The notes under the pieces are model-generated. The model searched no databases, was not told the DNA's origin, and saw nothing but the letters and a program-made list of their open reading frames with translations. From positions 159,371 through 223,370 of IMG/VR virus record IMGVR_UViG_3300033141_006329: DNA of 64,000 nucleotides. One strand, given 5' to 3'. Below are positions 47,801 to 57,194 of this stretch, in pieces. The stretch's first letter is position 1; every line of letters begins with the position of its first letter. The position numbers and the translations under genes are program-made.

Positions 47801-50607
47801 CTACCTAGAGGTCTTATTAATCCCATTATTGCATTTCCTGTAGAGTTCATACCTTTAATCAAACCTTTACCCACTGTTATAAGAGTTCCGGGTATTTCTT
47901 TAAGAGACTTTTTTAGTTTTTCTACAAAACTCTCATCTGATCCCCATATCTCTTTGAACGGTTTTATTATAGTACTACCTATTTCTAAAAATTCATTTTT
48001 AAGATCGTCTATTGTTAATAATATATCAGAAAAACCATGAACAATTGTATATATTGTAGTTTTGACTATTTTAAAAGACTCGGTAAATCCAGATTTGACA
48101 GTTTCGGGTATAGTATCCTGATATACTCTACGGATGACATCCATAATAGATCCTGCTCCCTCGCCCGTTTCTTTATTTAACTCTTCAGATACTCTTTTTG
48201 CAATATCATTCACAGATTTGAGAACCATCTTTGGAAGTCGTTCTAAGAAATGTCTAAACCCACCATCAAACCATTCATTAATTTTATTCCACATGCTCAT
48301 CCATAGAGGTTTGATGCCTTCGATCCATACATCTGATATGCCACCCTTTAAATTTTGATATTTTTCTTTCATGTATACGCTAATATCATTAAATATTTTT
48401 TTAATAGTATCCATTGGTGCAGTCCAAGCAGGTTTTATATACTCTTCCCAGATATTAAGGATACCATCAGTTATTTTTCCAGGTATGTCTACTATAGCAT
48501 TATACATCTTTTTGAAAAATGATTTAATACCACCAACCAATCCACTAAATATTGCTCCTGCGCCGCCCATTAGTGAACCAAGAAATCCCTTTTTTGGTTT
48601 CGCTTCTGTTTGTTCTTCTTGACTTGTTTTAAGTTTATCACGAATGGGTTCAACTTTCTTAAAAATATTCTCTTTTTGAGTCTGATAACCTTCCTTAATT
48701 TTCTCCGATGCAGGTCTCGCCATTTCAACTATAGACTCTTTAATTTTGGCAGTACTATCACCCACACCTTTTTTTATCTCTGCGAATTTTCCAACAATTT
48801 CACCTTTATCTACAAATGCTAATCCACCCTCTTTAATAAGATATGGTTTCAACAGGGCCTTTTTTAATTTAGGTATACCCCCATCTATAGGCTCTACTTT
48901 AGCAGACTCACCTATAAATGTCATACGTTCATTTAGCAATGTTAATTCTGTTTTTAATATATCTCTGATGTCAGTTAGTAGCTCAATTCGTTTTATAAGA
49001 GACGGGGATCGTTTAAATTCTTGTTCTTTGGTTGCTTCTTCCTTTTTTTTCTGCCAATCGCCATATCCAGGTATAAGACTTTGAAGTAATCCACCACCTT
49101 TTTTATCACCTTTGCCAAATCCCAATAGATTACCAAATAATCCTTTTACTTTCCCGGTAACCATATCTTTTAGATACGAAAAAGGTCCACCTTCTCCACC
49201 AAGTTTATCACCTATAGCTTGGCCCATCCATTCGGATAAAGATCTAGGGCCGGGTCTTTTAAGTGTTCCTGGAATTTCAAAACCAATTTGTAATAATTTG
49301 GATTGTTGTAATATCAAATTATTTACTTCATGTGATGCAGATCTATTTGCAACATATATAAGTCCTAAAGTTTTAAGCATAGCACCAAACACACCAAACT
49401 TCCCAGGTTTAGGCAGTTGTGCTTTATATGCAGCTCCAAATATTGGCACAACATAACCTATGGTTGCACCTATTCCAAAAACAGATTCCAACGATTTTCC
49501 AAAGATACCTTTCTTTCCAGAATCTCCCATTCCTTTTGTTATAGCATCTGCTAAAATTGGACCAATTTTTGAACCGGTTATACTATTTTCTTCCAATGTC
49601 TTTTTCATCTCTTTTGAAGGTGACATGTACATGGGATGTTCCGGAGTTTGCATTTCTCCCAGAGCTGAAGACGTATCGCCTATACCCTGATCTAGTGATT
49701 TTAGATTTTCTGTGAATACTGGATCTGGTCTTACATTCATAATACCCCGACCAACATGCATGGCGCCCTTACCAACTTTTTTACCCGCCCCTACAAAAAA
49801 ATCAGCTATTTTCCCTATACCTTTTGACATTCCAGATACCGACCCATCATCTCCCTTTGGCGCTCCACTAAAAAGAGATTGAGATATTAAACCAGGAGCT
49901 AGTCCCATTGTTCCTGCAGCTAAACCAACCCCTATAGTTTTTTTAATGCCAGTTGTTACTTCACTTCTCATGTCTCCTGCATACTCGTGTGCTACTTGAC
50001 CGGGGGCGTCTGCAACTGAACCTGCTGCTCTACCAACTGCTCTGATCGGAGCTGTACCCGCTCTCAGAGCTTTTCCTCCAACATATTTTCCTGCTTTATA
50101 TGCGCCATATCCAGCAACTGCCGCCAATGGTATTGCCACTGCTGATATCTTTGCAGTAGTCATGAGTAAAGATTTGGAGAATTTTTTATAAGTCTTTTCA
50201 TTACTCTCTGAAAATTCATCCATAGAAGTCGATAAATCTTTGGTAGAGTTTGACATATTCATTGCAGCAGATTCCATAACCTTATTAGACTCTACTAATT
50301 TGGAAGTACTATTATTCAAACCTTTTACAGTTTTATCTAAACCTTTAGTGCTTATAGAAATTTCACTATTAATTGCACCTGATTTTAATCTTTTTGTGGC
50401 CAGAACAGTTTCTTTAGTATGATCCTGTAGAACCTTTTTATTTATAGCACCTGTTTTTTTTAAACCTGTTATATGCTCTTTTTTGGCAGCATCCATACCT
50501 TTCGTATAAGAACTCAAAGATTTATTGAGGCTACCTAGACTCTTGGTAAACTTTTTTTGTTCTTTACTAAACTCATCATTGATGGATTCTGGTTTCTTGG
50601 GTAACAT
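44863..50607 (-). CDS. Tape measure protein
   Basis: 1914 aa, Gly/Ala-rich TM-like segments, amphipathic W-periodic repeats, AKGG..VGEAGPEAVLP motif. Confidence 0.88.
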   Translation of the reverse strand: MLPKKPESINDEFSKEQKKFTKSLGSLNKSLSSYTKGMDAAKKEHITGLKKTGAINKKVLQDHTKETVLATKRLKSGAINSEISISTKGLDKTVKGLNNSTSKLVESNKVMESAAMNMSNSTKDLSTSMDEFSESNEKTYKKFSKSLLMTTAKISAVAIPLAAVAGYGAYKAGKYVGGKALRAGTAPIRAVGRAAGSVADAPGQVAHEYAGDMRSEVTTGIKKTIGVGLAAGTMGLAPGLISQSLFSGAPKGDDGSVSGMSKGIGKIADFFVGAGKKVGKGAMHVGRGIMNVRPDPVFTENLKSLDQGIGDTSSALGEMQTPEHPMYMSPSKEMKKTLEENSITGSKIGPILADAITKGMGDSGKKGIFGKSLESVFGIGATIGYVVPIFGAAYKAQLPKPGKFGVFGAMLKTLGLIYVANRSASHEVNNLILQQSKLLQIGFEIPGTLKRPGPRSLSEWMGQAIGDKLGGEGGPFSYLKDMVTGKVKGLFGNLLGFGKGDKKGGGLLQSLIPGYGDWQKKKEEATKEQEFKRSPSLIKRIELLTDIRDILKTELTLLNERMTFIGESAKVEPIDGGIPKLKKALLKPYLIKEGGLAFVDKGEIVGKFAEIKKGVGDSTAKIKESIVEMARPASEKIKEGYQTQKENIFKKVEPIRDKLKTSQEEQTEAKPKKGFLGSLMGGAGAIFSGLVGGIKSFFKKMYNAIVDIPGKITDGILNIWEEYIKPAWTAPMDTIKKIFNDISVYMKEKYQNLKGGISDVWIEGIKPLWMSMWNKINEWFDGGFRHFLERLPKMVLKSVNDIAKRVSEELNKETGEGAGSIMDVIRRVYQDTIPETVKSGFTESFKIVKTTIYTIVHGFSDILLTIDDLKNEFLEIGSTIIKPFKEIWGSDESFVEKLKKSLKEIPGTLITVGKGLIKGMNSTGNAIMGLIRPLGRVFFNLTGLAFELTMLLRRTFVKLRKAIVKKFLPSKWYEIYEKIEDRLTDIHFMSMNLMSSVLGSITSIGKTFKENVEEETEKGKKGIPLFLSEVVGTMKDTVMKAITPITSLLGNVWENIKSFGSMIKEMSEGPASKLKNFVSTFAEQVKTLGGNTKDFVLSIGKMTRDITEFSLAKLQKPVTAMAKGGLIYAANGIVVGEAGPEAVLPLDDPRATDRVAGMFSRALGKLGFTKDKTIGDNFQLIVINRLDTMINLLGGTIGKVEGEGILGKVAGSMTDVAISFAKLPFTLTANFFQGMGSAFKHAFGPAIGLITKGINVFGSTILTGLTGVREGIVLAAKGVGHTMSMGFKGLHHVLKAGFASLRAGLKAGWAIITAPFKAVGRFIMRPVQAIKDKYTDIKGKIKTKVKGVFAGLFQRAKGKDVVAVDKDGKPVYARWPMKIVSLLTQIKRILKKDQKIGGDRHDEELGFRATMKRTWGKIRGGLANIGGWFKKIWRKWILQGLMKAWSALKNTALKVPVMIAQVAPALATLGTKLSALAGPLGAAAAGLAGAAWMALDAFKGVKDARKMHDLKEGEKLKTSHKWTAGIGAALGGAGEGGLKSAALGAGKGALLGTGIGFAVGGPIGAAIGAGIGAIAGGILGAIGGKNIAKALQWVWKKIEKPIKAITNFILFPFKLIWSVIKKAKDFITSDKTPWEKIKALGIMVVNFLTWPNRMMLKGIKAAKDWVLEKVPGAAWIAEKMKPVVDLITWPFKKMMEILSAAKDWADEKIRKIPGIGKVYSWMAGKREEEEGELKPTEEGSSSWYKPWSWRSDKKEGPTMDPANIPKSHSGAIFTGSGEYPTMVKGGEMVIAPDNPQFGRAMTDVFMETLRTGLVKGGPTFKESGPINMAGSEAIAHHEAGLEMARANMEGTATVKSNKDLKDTLEKVMTSTNQTATIVNNNMSSNNSSVNSVTTAGASSVGFDDDTEKILGGRL

Positions 50608-50618
50608 ATTCTCCTCTG

Positions 50619-50633
50619 TTTATAGTTTGTCCT
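50619..50633 (-). promoter_or_regulatory. Putative late promoter motif
   Basis: AGGACAAACTATAAA before the tape measure RBS. Confidence 0.65.
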
Positions 50634-50644
50634 TTAGGCGCAAG

Positions 50645-50680
50645 AAATACGCCCAGGATATTGTGAAACCCGGGCGATAT
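50645..50680 (-). terminator. Probable terminator
   Basis: CGCCCGGG..CCTGGGCG-TATTTCTT on the minus strand. Confidence 0.55.
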
Positions 50681-50717
50681 AATCTCTTATTTTGCAAAGT
50701 CAAAGATGTGGAAATTA

Positions 50718-50885
50718 TTAATCTTCCTCTTTTTCCTCATCCTCTTTTTCTTCGCCTTTTTCCTCACCCTTACCATCCTTCTTGAATGGTTTAGCTTTCT
50801 TCCCACCAAATCTTTTTAGCAATTCTTCCTTACTAGGTTTTTCTTCTACTAATAAACTTTCTAAAAATTCTTGTGATATACTCAT
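50718..50885 (-). CDS. Small highly charged protein (55 aa, not in ORF track)
   Basis: AGGAG RBS; MSISQEFLESLLVEEKPSK..EEKEED. Confidence 0.6.
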   Translation of the reverse strand: MSISQEFLESLLVEEKPSKEELLKRFGGKKAKPFKKDGKGEEKGEEKEDEEKEED

Positions 50886-50967
50886 TACTTCTCCTTCTCT
50901 AAAATCTTGTATCCCTTCCCAGGGAATGGTTTTGTAATCTAAGGTTAATTCCTCATTTTTCTAATCG

Positions 50968-51870
50968 TTATACGAATCTTGAATGATTAATATTGTTTAT
51001 CAATTTAGCAACTAACCCCGAAAGTTGCCATTGTGATAATACACTAACTATTTCAGATGGATAGGAAAATTCCTGCCCAACATGACTCCATTTACATACA
51101 TTTTGACCCATCTTAGAATATGCTTTACAATGTGTAGCATAAGATTGTTTAGCTATACCCATATTGCCAGAATTTTTTAATTTTCCTGCTAATAATAATT
51201 TCAAGGGTAATCCCATACGTAGTATTATCTGATCTGTTTCTTTAGTGTCATATTCTTGAGAAATGTAAGATCTCCATATATTAACTGCATTTTTCATGTC
51301 ATATGCTAAAGGATTCTCTTCATTCTGTATACCTAAATTCAGAATTGTTTTCAACAGATATCTATCATCCATGTGTGCAACTTTTGGAGCCATTACTTCA
51401 AATAGATTATTATAAAAAGGTAATAAAAATTTGTTTGCCGTCATATGCACAAAAGAACGAATATCATTAAAGGCTGCAAAATGGCACAACTCATGGGTAA
51501 TAACAGGTGGTATTTCTACTAGAGCTTTTCCTAAAATGCTAACATTATCATCTAACATTATAACCAATTTTCTATCCTTAGAAGAGAAATAACCCAACAC
51601 ATATGTCCCGGAAGAAGTATCTTTTATTTGTCGCCATTTCCTTAATAAAAATGATAACTTACCCCTATTTTCATACCCTATTAGAATAGTGCGTTTTTCT
51701 ATACCTTCTAATATGGATTTGGTTATGGGTTTAGTTATGTTAGATTTATTTAGCCAACCAATCACACTATTTATTATTTTCTCATTTGAGTATATTGGTT
51801 GCCCTCCTATATGACCATATACTTCTAATCCTATAGGTGCTAAATCTAAAAACTCTTCTATTTGATCCAT
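50968..51870 (-). CDS. Putative zincin-like metallopeptidase
   Basis: VITHELCHF (HExxH). Confidence 0.6.
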   Translation of the reverse strand: MDQIEEFLDLAPIGLEVYGHIGGQPIYSNEKIINSVIGWLNKSNITKPITKSILEGIEKRTILIGYENRGKLSFLLRKWRQIKDTSSGTYVLGYFSSKDRKLVIMLDDNVSILGKALVEIPPVITHELCHFAAFNDIRSFVHMTANKFLLPFYNNLFEVMAPKVAHMDDRYLLKTILNLGIQNEENPLAYDMKNAVNIWRSYISQEYDTKETDQIILRMGLPLKLLLAGKLKNSGNMGIAKQSYATHCKAYSKMGQNVCKWSHVGQEFSYPSEIVSVLSQWQLSGLVAKLINNINHSRFV

Positions 51871-51892
51871 AGTTACCTCATGTTAAATTCTC

Positions 51893-51907
51893 TTTATAGT
51901 TTGTCCT
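51893..51907 (-). promoter_or_regulatory. Putative late promoter motif
   Basis: AGGACAAACTATAAA. Confidence 0.65.
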
Positions 51908-51979
51908 ATGTTAACCAAAAAATAAACCCACTCATGCAACTGGACAAATTAGAAAAAACTAATAAGAGGAGGGGTCAGA

Positions 51980-52372
51980 ATGACACGAGACAAGGAAGAA
52001 ATATTAATAAAAAAATATCCGAAATTATTCGTAGATACTAATAAACCACCAACTCAATCCGCAATGTGTTTTGGAATGGAGTGTGGTGATGGATGGTATG
52101 ATTTGATCGATGAGACTTGTTTAAAAATACAGAAGGTATTGAAAGGAAGAGAATTAAGATTTACTCAGGTTAAAGAGAAATTTGGAGGATTGAGAATATA
52201 CACTTATCCTTATATTGAGAAAGTAGAGGAAATTATTTGGAAAGCAGAGGAAGAATCCCTAAGAACATGTGAGAATTGTGGCTCAAAAGAAACAGCTAAG
52301 GTTAGAGGTGAAGGATGGGTATACACTCGATGTGATAAATGTTGGGAAAAATTGCAAGGAGAAAAAAAATGA
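51980..52372 (+). CDS. Conserved phage hypothetical
   Basis: ECGDGW..QVKEKFGGLR.Y..CE.CG motif. Confidence 0.75.
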   Translation: MTRDKEEILIKKYPKLFVDTNKPPTQSAMCFGMECGDGWYDLIDETCLKIQKVLKGRELRFTQVKEKFGGLRIYTYPYIEKVEEIIWKAEEESLRTCENCGSKETAKVRGEGWVYTRCDKCWEKLQGEKK

Positions 52373-52917
52373 GACGAAGAGGAGCAATTTTTCTAGATAG
52401 AGATGGGGTTATAAATGAGGAGGTAGGAGATTATGTTACAAGCTGGGAAAAGTTTATATTCAGACCAAGAATATTTGACATTCTAAAATTATTAAAGGAG
52501 AGAAAAATTAAGGTTTTTATTGTTACTAATCAATCTGCAATAGGTAGGAAATTAATGACGATAGATGATCTAGAAGATATACATGTGAAGATGCTTGATG
52601 AAATAGAAAAAAATGAAGGAGAAATAGAGCAGATATATTGTTGCCCCCACCTAAAAGAAAACAGATGTTATTGTAGGAAACCTAGTATAGGAATGATAAA
52701 AGCAGCAGTGGAGGAATATGATGTATCTCTATTACACTCAATAATGATTGGAGATGGCTCAAGTGATATTGTGGCAGGGTATAATGCGGGGTGTAGAACA
52801 ATGTTAACTATAACTGATCGCTCATTAAAATATGGTACGGTAATTGGGCCTAATTTTATAGCGAAAGATATGAATATTGTTTATGAGATATTGGAGAAGG
52901 AGACTAGAAAGTGGTAA
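52369..52917 (+). CDS. gmhB: D,D-heptose 1,7-bisphosphate phosphatase-like HAD
   Basis: FLDRDGVIN, VTNQSAIGR, CPH..CYCRKP, MIGD..SD. Confidence 0.9.
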   Translation: MRRRGAIFLDRDGVINEEVGDYVTSWEKFIFRPRIFDILKLLKERKIKVFIVTNQSAIGRKLMTIDDLEDIHVKMLDEIEKNEGEIEQIYCCPHLKENRCYCRKPSIGMIKAAVEEYDVSLLHSIMIGDGSSDIVAGYNAGCRTMLTITDRSLKYGTVIGPNFIAKDMNIVYEILEKETRKW

Positions 52918-53678
52918 TATTGAAATCTGAGGAAGAGATAGAAAAACTATACGTGAGTAATCAAATAGTGGCTGAAGGGTTGAAATTATTAAAAAGTATG
53001 GCTATACCAGGGATGAAAACAAAGGACTTAGACAGAGAGGTGGAAAATTTCATTTTAAAGAAGGGTGCAATACCAGCATTTAAAAATTTTGATGCTGGCG
53101 GCTCTACTCTATATCCAGCTTCAGTTTGTATATCAATAAATAACGAGGTTGTACATGGTATTCCGGGTAGGAGAAAACTAAAGGATGGTGATATAGTCAG
53201 CTTTGATTTGGGTGTCCTTAACGATGGATTTTATGGTGATTCGGCCATTACGGTTCCTGTCGGTAATAATGTTACAGAAGATGCAAAAAAATTGATAAGG
53301 GTTACTGAGGAATCATTGAGGAGGGCTATAGAAAAATGCAGGATAGGATGCAGGGTAGGAGATATATCAAGAGTTGTGCAGGGATTTGTGGAAGGGGAAG
53401 GATTCAGCGTAGTTAGGACATTTACAGGGCATGGAATTGGTCAAAGTCTTCATGAAGAGCCTTATATACCAAATTATTTTGACCCGAAAATGAATGGTAG
53501 ATTGAGGGAAGGTTTAGTGCTTGCCCTGGAGCCTATGGTAAATTTTGGCTCACATGAAACAAGAATTTTAAGGGATGGTTGGACGTGTGTGACTGCGGAT
53601 GGTAGTTTGTCAGCTCATTTTGAACATTCGATTGCTATAACAAAGGATGGGCCGAGGGTGTTGTCGATGCGAGCTTGA
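52911..53678 (+). CDS. map: Methionine aminopeptidase type I
   Basis: CISINNEVVHGIP, DLG, DSA, GHGIG..HEEP, LEPM, AHFEH. Confidence 0.96.
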   Translation: MVILKSEEEIEKLYVSNQIVAEGLKLLKSMAIPGMKTKDLDREVENFILKKGAIPAFKNFDAGGSTLYPASVCISINNEVVHGIPGRRKLKDGDIVSFDLGVLNDGFYGDSAITVPVGNNVTEDAKKLIRVTEESLRRAIEKCRIGCRVGDISRVVQGFVEGEGFSVVRTFTGHGIGQSLHEEPYIPNYFDPKMNGRLREGLVLALEPMVNFGSHETRILRDGWTCVTADGSLSAHFEHSIAITKDGPRVLSMRA

Positions 53679-53692
53679 GGACAAACTGTAAA
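53678..53692 (+). promoter_or_regulatory. Putative late promoter motif
   Basis: AGGACAAACTGTAAA before treT. Confidence 0.6.
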
Positions 53693-53706
53693 CAAAGGAG
53701 ATTAAA

Positions 53707-54912
53707 ATGTATAAGAACATAAACGATTATATTAATATAGTGGGGAGTAGGACAATTTCCACACTGTTGAAAAATGCGAGAAAACTATATGAGAAAAGAA
53801 TTTTAAATATTAACTCGACTTTTTTGGGCGGAGGAGTTTGTGAAATCCTTACCAGCATGATGCCTCTTATGAATAATCTAGGGCTGGAAACTGAGTGGAG
53901 AGTAATTCATGGAACTCTTCCTTATTATAATATTACAAAAAAAATGCATAATGGTTTGCAATCAGGTGATGTAGATTTCTCACCCGAAGAAAAATCTTTG
54001 TATCTATCTACTAATTTTGATTATAGCCTTTACACCAACTTTGATCATGACATAGTAGTCATCCATGACCCTCAGCCACTTCCGCTCGCATCGATGGTTA
54101 ATCAATACCAGCCTTGGATCTTTCGATGTCACATTGATTTGAGTAATCCCAATAAAAAATTATGGGAATTCCTCGAACCATTCATTCTCAGATATTCAAA
54201 AGTAATAGTCTCACGAGAAGAATATAAAAGACCAGGGCTACCAGTTGACCAAGTTGTCATACAACCGGCCATAGATCCCTTAACCCCAAAGAATAGATAC
54301 ATGTCAAAAGATGAAGCTGCTGATATATTGAAGGATATGATACCTTTAGATAAACCTTTCATCTCACAAATTTCGAGGATGGATGTGTGGAAAGATCCTG
54401 AAGGTTTATTAGAAATTTTTAGAAAAGTCAAGGAGAAAGTTGATTGTAGATTGCTCTATTGTTTCAATGCTGCAACTGATGATCCTGAAGGAGCGATGAT
54501 CCTAAATAAGATAAAAGAAAAAGCTAAGGATCTTATAGATACTGGGGATGTTTTATTTGTTATAGGCGACAACCCATTAGTAGTAAACGCGATACAGACA
54601 TATTCTGGTGTGGTTGTACAGAAATCCACACGGGAAGGTTTTGGGCTTGTTGTAACAGAGGCGCTCTGGAAGGGAACACCTGTAGTCGCTTCTAATGTTG
54701 GAGGAATTCCAAGTCAGATTATAGATAATGAAACAGGCTATCTTGTAGACCCATATAATTTTGATGGTTTTGCAGACCGTATAATAGAACTATTAAAAAA
54801 TAAAAAGAAAGGTGAAGAATTTGGAATAGCTGCGAGAGAACATGTAAGGGAAAATTTCTTGGTAACAAGACTTATGAACGACTATATGGAACTATTTTTG
54901 GAATTATTATAA
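53707..54912 (+). CDS. treT: Trehalose synthase TreT-like GT4 glycosyltransferase
   Basis: INST..GGGV.EIL, IHDPQP, ISR.D.WKDP, STREGFGLVVTEALWKG. Confidence 0.88.
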   Translation: MYKNINDYINIVGSRTISTLLKNARKLYEKRILNINSTFLGGGVCEILTSMMPLMNNLGLETEWRVIHGTLPYYNITKKMHNGLQSGDVDFSPEEKSLYLSTNFDYSLYTNFDHDIVVIHDPQPLPLASMVNQYQPWIFRCHIDLSNPNKKLWEFLEPFILRYSKVIVSREEYKRPGLPVDQVVIQPAIDPLTPKNRYMSKDEAADILKDMIPLDKPFISQISRMDVWKDPEGLLEIFRKVKEKVDCRLLYCFNAATDDPEGAMILNKIKEKAKDLIDTGDVLFVIGDNPLVVNAIQTYSGVVVQKSTREGFGLVVTEALWKGTPVVASNVGGIPSQIIDNETGYLVDPYNFDGFADRIIELLKNKKKGEEFGIAAREHVRENFLVTRLMNDYMELFLELL

Positions 54913-55136
54913 TGGCCAAAATTATAAAGATTATACATAAGAAGGTAGAGGATACTATTGATATAACCTGCGATATATGTGGGAAATCTTGTAGAGATGA
55001 TTTGGACGGAGTGCCCTTATTTAATTTTGCGAATATTAAAGGAGAGTTTGGGTATGGTTCTAAATTGGATGGTAAGGTATTATATGATAAGCATTTATGT
55101 GAGGACTGTTATATAAAATTGTTTGGAGAAGTATAA
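54912..55136 (+). CDS. Small Zn-binding protein
   Basis: CDICG..HLCEDC. Confidence 0.65.
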   Translation: MAKIIKIIHKKVEDTIDITCDICGKSCRDDLDGVPLFNFANIKGEFGYGSKLDGKVLYDKHLCEDCYIKLFGEV

Positions 55137-55164
55137 CCAAAAAAATAAAAATAGTATAAATTTG

Positions 55165-55195
55165 AAATGGGGTAGCTAACAACTACCCCATTTTT
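55165..55195. terminator. Bidirectional terminator
   Basis: AAATGGGGTAG-ctaacaa-CTACCCCATTTTT. Confidence 0.85.
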
Positions 55196-55209
55196 CACTA
55201 TTAATTCGA

Positions 55210-55506
55210 CTATCTCTTATATTTCAACTTATCGATTTTATCCAATAACACCTCTTCCAGATTAATATCATATTTGCTTGCAAGCAGCATGAGCATTATT
55301 ATACAATCTGATAGTTCAGCACCAAATTTTTGTAGTGAGAATTCCTTTCTTCTCAATCTCTCGTTGATTATTTCCCTAGACAGTTCCCCAACTTCTTCCA
55401 TCAGATGTAATAGTGTACTATCGGCATCTGGTGGGTTTATATTTCTGGATTTACAAATCTTATTCGATTCCCCTACAGCTCTTGCTTGAATTTCATTTAT
55501 ATCCAT
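55210..55506 (-). CDS. MazG-like nucleotide pyrophosphohydrolase
   Basis: HLMEEVGELS..ELSDC..Y.I.LEE. Confidence 0.88.
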   Translation of the reverse strand: MDINEIQARAVGESNKICKSRNINPPDADSTLLHLMEEVGELSREIINERLRRKEFSLQKFGAELSDCIIMLMLLASKYDINLEEVLLDKIDKLKYKR

Positions 55507-55683
55507 AATTATATTCCTCTAATCTAAATCCTATTTTTTCATCACTAAATTTCCTACATAATGTTTACAAAGTCCTGTATGTAACCCATTTTGAATTATT
55601 TCACAATGGTTTTGTTTTTCTAAATCAGTATAGCAAATACCATAACAAACAAGCTAAACCAACTAATACTGAAATTGTTACTA

Positions 55684-55941
55684 TCATTTTAAATCTCCAT
55701 TTTCTTCAATTTTTTTATCTTCGTATGGAGCAACAACCTTTCTATAAAATTCTTCCTTTGCACATTCGAGAACGCCCATACAAGAATTCAGATCTGCATA
55801 ATTATAATCCTTACCTAGATATTTCCTAACTAACATGGAAATACTATAGTTAAGATCCCCAATATTTTCAATTTGATGACTCAGTAAATCTATGGTAGGA
55901 TTCATAAAATTTCTTGCTTCCTGTTTTATATATGGCATCAC
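55684..55941 (-). CDS. Conserved phage protein (DUF6899-like)
   Basis: MPYI..GDLNY..GVLECAK.EFYR..APYED.KI.ENGD. Confidence 0.8.
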   Translation of the reverse strand: MMPYIKQEARNFMNPTIDLLSHQIENIGDLNYSISMLVRKYLGKDYNYADLNSCMGVLECAKEEFYRKVVAPYEDKKIEENGDLK

Positions 55942-56099
55942 CCAGTCTCCTGCAAGGCATTTCGTCTGGTTATCAACTGATCCAAATAATGAGAGGTATC
56001 CCTTTTTGCTTGAAGCCGCGCTATCTCAGATAAAATTTCACTCATAGGTTTTCGGTTGACCTTCTCAGGTCGGTCTGGGTTGATTTCTTTTTTCATCAT
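55938..56099 (-). CDS. Small hypothetical (53 aa, not in ORF track)
   Basis: AAAGGAG RBS; stop overlaps next ATG. Confidence 0.5.
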   Translation of the reverse strand: MMKKEINPDRPEKVNRKPMSEILSEIARLQAKRDTSHYLDQLITRRNALQETG

Positions 56100-56127
56100 T
56101 ATCTCCTTTCACTTTAGTTAAATTATT

Positions 56128-56496
56128 TTAAGGATTTAAAGGTAATATGTTCGGATCGGCTACCCCCAAATCTGGGATGTGACGCACTTCTGTAAATCGT
56201 AGAACTGATAGACTACTACGAATCACTCTGGTATCAAAATCCTCATCTGAACTACCTCCATGTTCCCAGTTATTTTGAGGGTCAAGACTACCAACGAAAT
56301 TGAATAAGTCATATACACCCAGTTGTGATAATTGGTTTACGGCGCTAAGTAGAATGGAAGAGATATCGCGTTTTGTAATATACTTGCATTCTATGCCACT
56401 TCTTTCTGCCACTATAATTTTCAAATCATTGATCATATCATTTTTTTCATAATGACCTTTAGCGTATAAATATAAATGAGTATCACAATTCATCAT
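56128..56496 (-). CDS. Hypothetical protein
   Basis: Coupled ORF. Confidence 0.65.
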   Translation of the reverse strand: MMNCDTHLYLYAKGHYEKNDMINDLKIIVAERSGIECKYITKRDISSILLSAVNQLSQLGVYDLFNFVGSLDPQNNWEHGGSSDEDFDTRVIRSSLSVLRFTEVRHIPDLGVADPNILPLNP

Positions 56497-57176
56497 GTTC
56501 TCCTAGTTTGTTTCTTTAATATTGCACCTTTTTTAATAACAGGGTTTGATGGTTCATATTTAACTTTCCCTCTTCCACCACATGTTGGACATATTTTCTC
56601 AATCTCTTTATCCTCATAAGTTGTACCAAAATCATAATAATTATTAATTAACCTCCAGAATAAACCTGCCCTAGAATATTTACTATCAGAACAATTATTA
56701 CAAAATACCTCTTTCCATACCCCAGTCCCGCCGCATCTTCTACAAGGAATTTTATACCCGCTCTTAGTAGTATATGTTCCATTATCACAAAATTTACATT
56801 TTAATTTTACCATCCCGCTACCTCCACATTTAGGACATGTCTTGGAAACAGTAATAGTCTCATGTACTACTCTTCTCCCATTACATTCTAGACAAGGATT
56901 ATATAAGGTAAATATATCCTCTTCCTCTAATTCAAATTTCTTTTTCAACTCATCTGATAAGGAGGTTTCTATATTTATTTCTTCTAGGGCAATCTTTGAA
57001 AGATTTTGAAATGCTACATTGATTGTTTTAATCTTATCCTCTTGTATGTCTGGGTGCTTATCAGGATGATACTGCATCACCAAATCTCGATATCGTTTTT
57101 TCAGGTTATTTTTGGTAAAAGGGTATGTAATTTTAAATAATTTTAAATCATTTTTTGTATCAATTGAAAAATCCAT
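56493..57176 (-). CDS. J-domain protein with CxxCxGxG zinc repeats (DnaJ-like, lacking substrate-binding domain)
   Basis: YHPDKH; CLECNG, CPKCGGSG, CRRCGGTG, CPTCGGRG. Confidence 0.85.
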   Translation of the reverse strand: MDFSIDTKNDLKLFKITYPFTKNNLKKRYRDLVMQYHPDKHPDIQEDKIKTINVAFQNLSKIALEEINIETSLSDELKKKFELEEEDIFTLYNPCLECNGRRVVHETITVSKTCPKCGGSGMVKLKCKFCDNGTYTTKSGYKIPCRRCGGTGVWKEVFCNNCSDSKYSRAGLFWRLINNYYDFGTTYEDKEIEKICPTCGGRGKVKYEPSNPVIKKGAILKKQTRRT

Positions 57177-57194
57177 TTTTAATTCTCCCTCATA

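Noticed and set aside
44735-50785. Many plus-strand ORFs of 60-274 aa opposite the tape measure gene
   Set aside because: Antisense shadows of a GC-richer coding strand, with no RBS or recognisable motifs.
55525-55687. Possible small membrane gene after the DUF6899-like ORF
   Set aside because: Only a 20-codon ORF plus a startless open stretch in another frame; cannot be supported as a gene or pseudogene.
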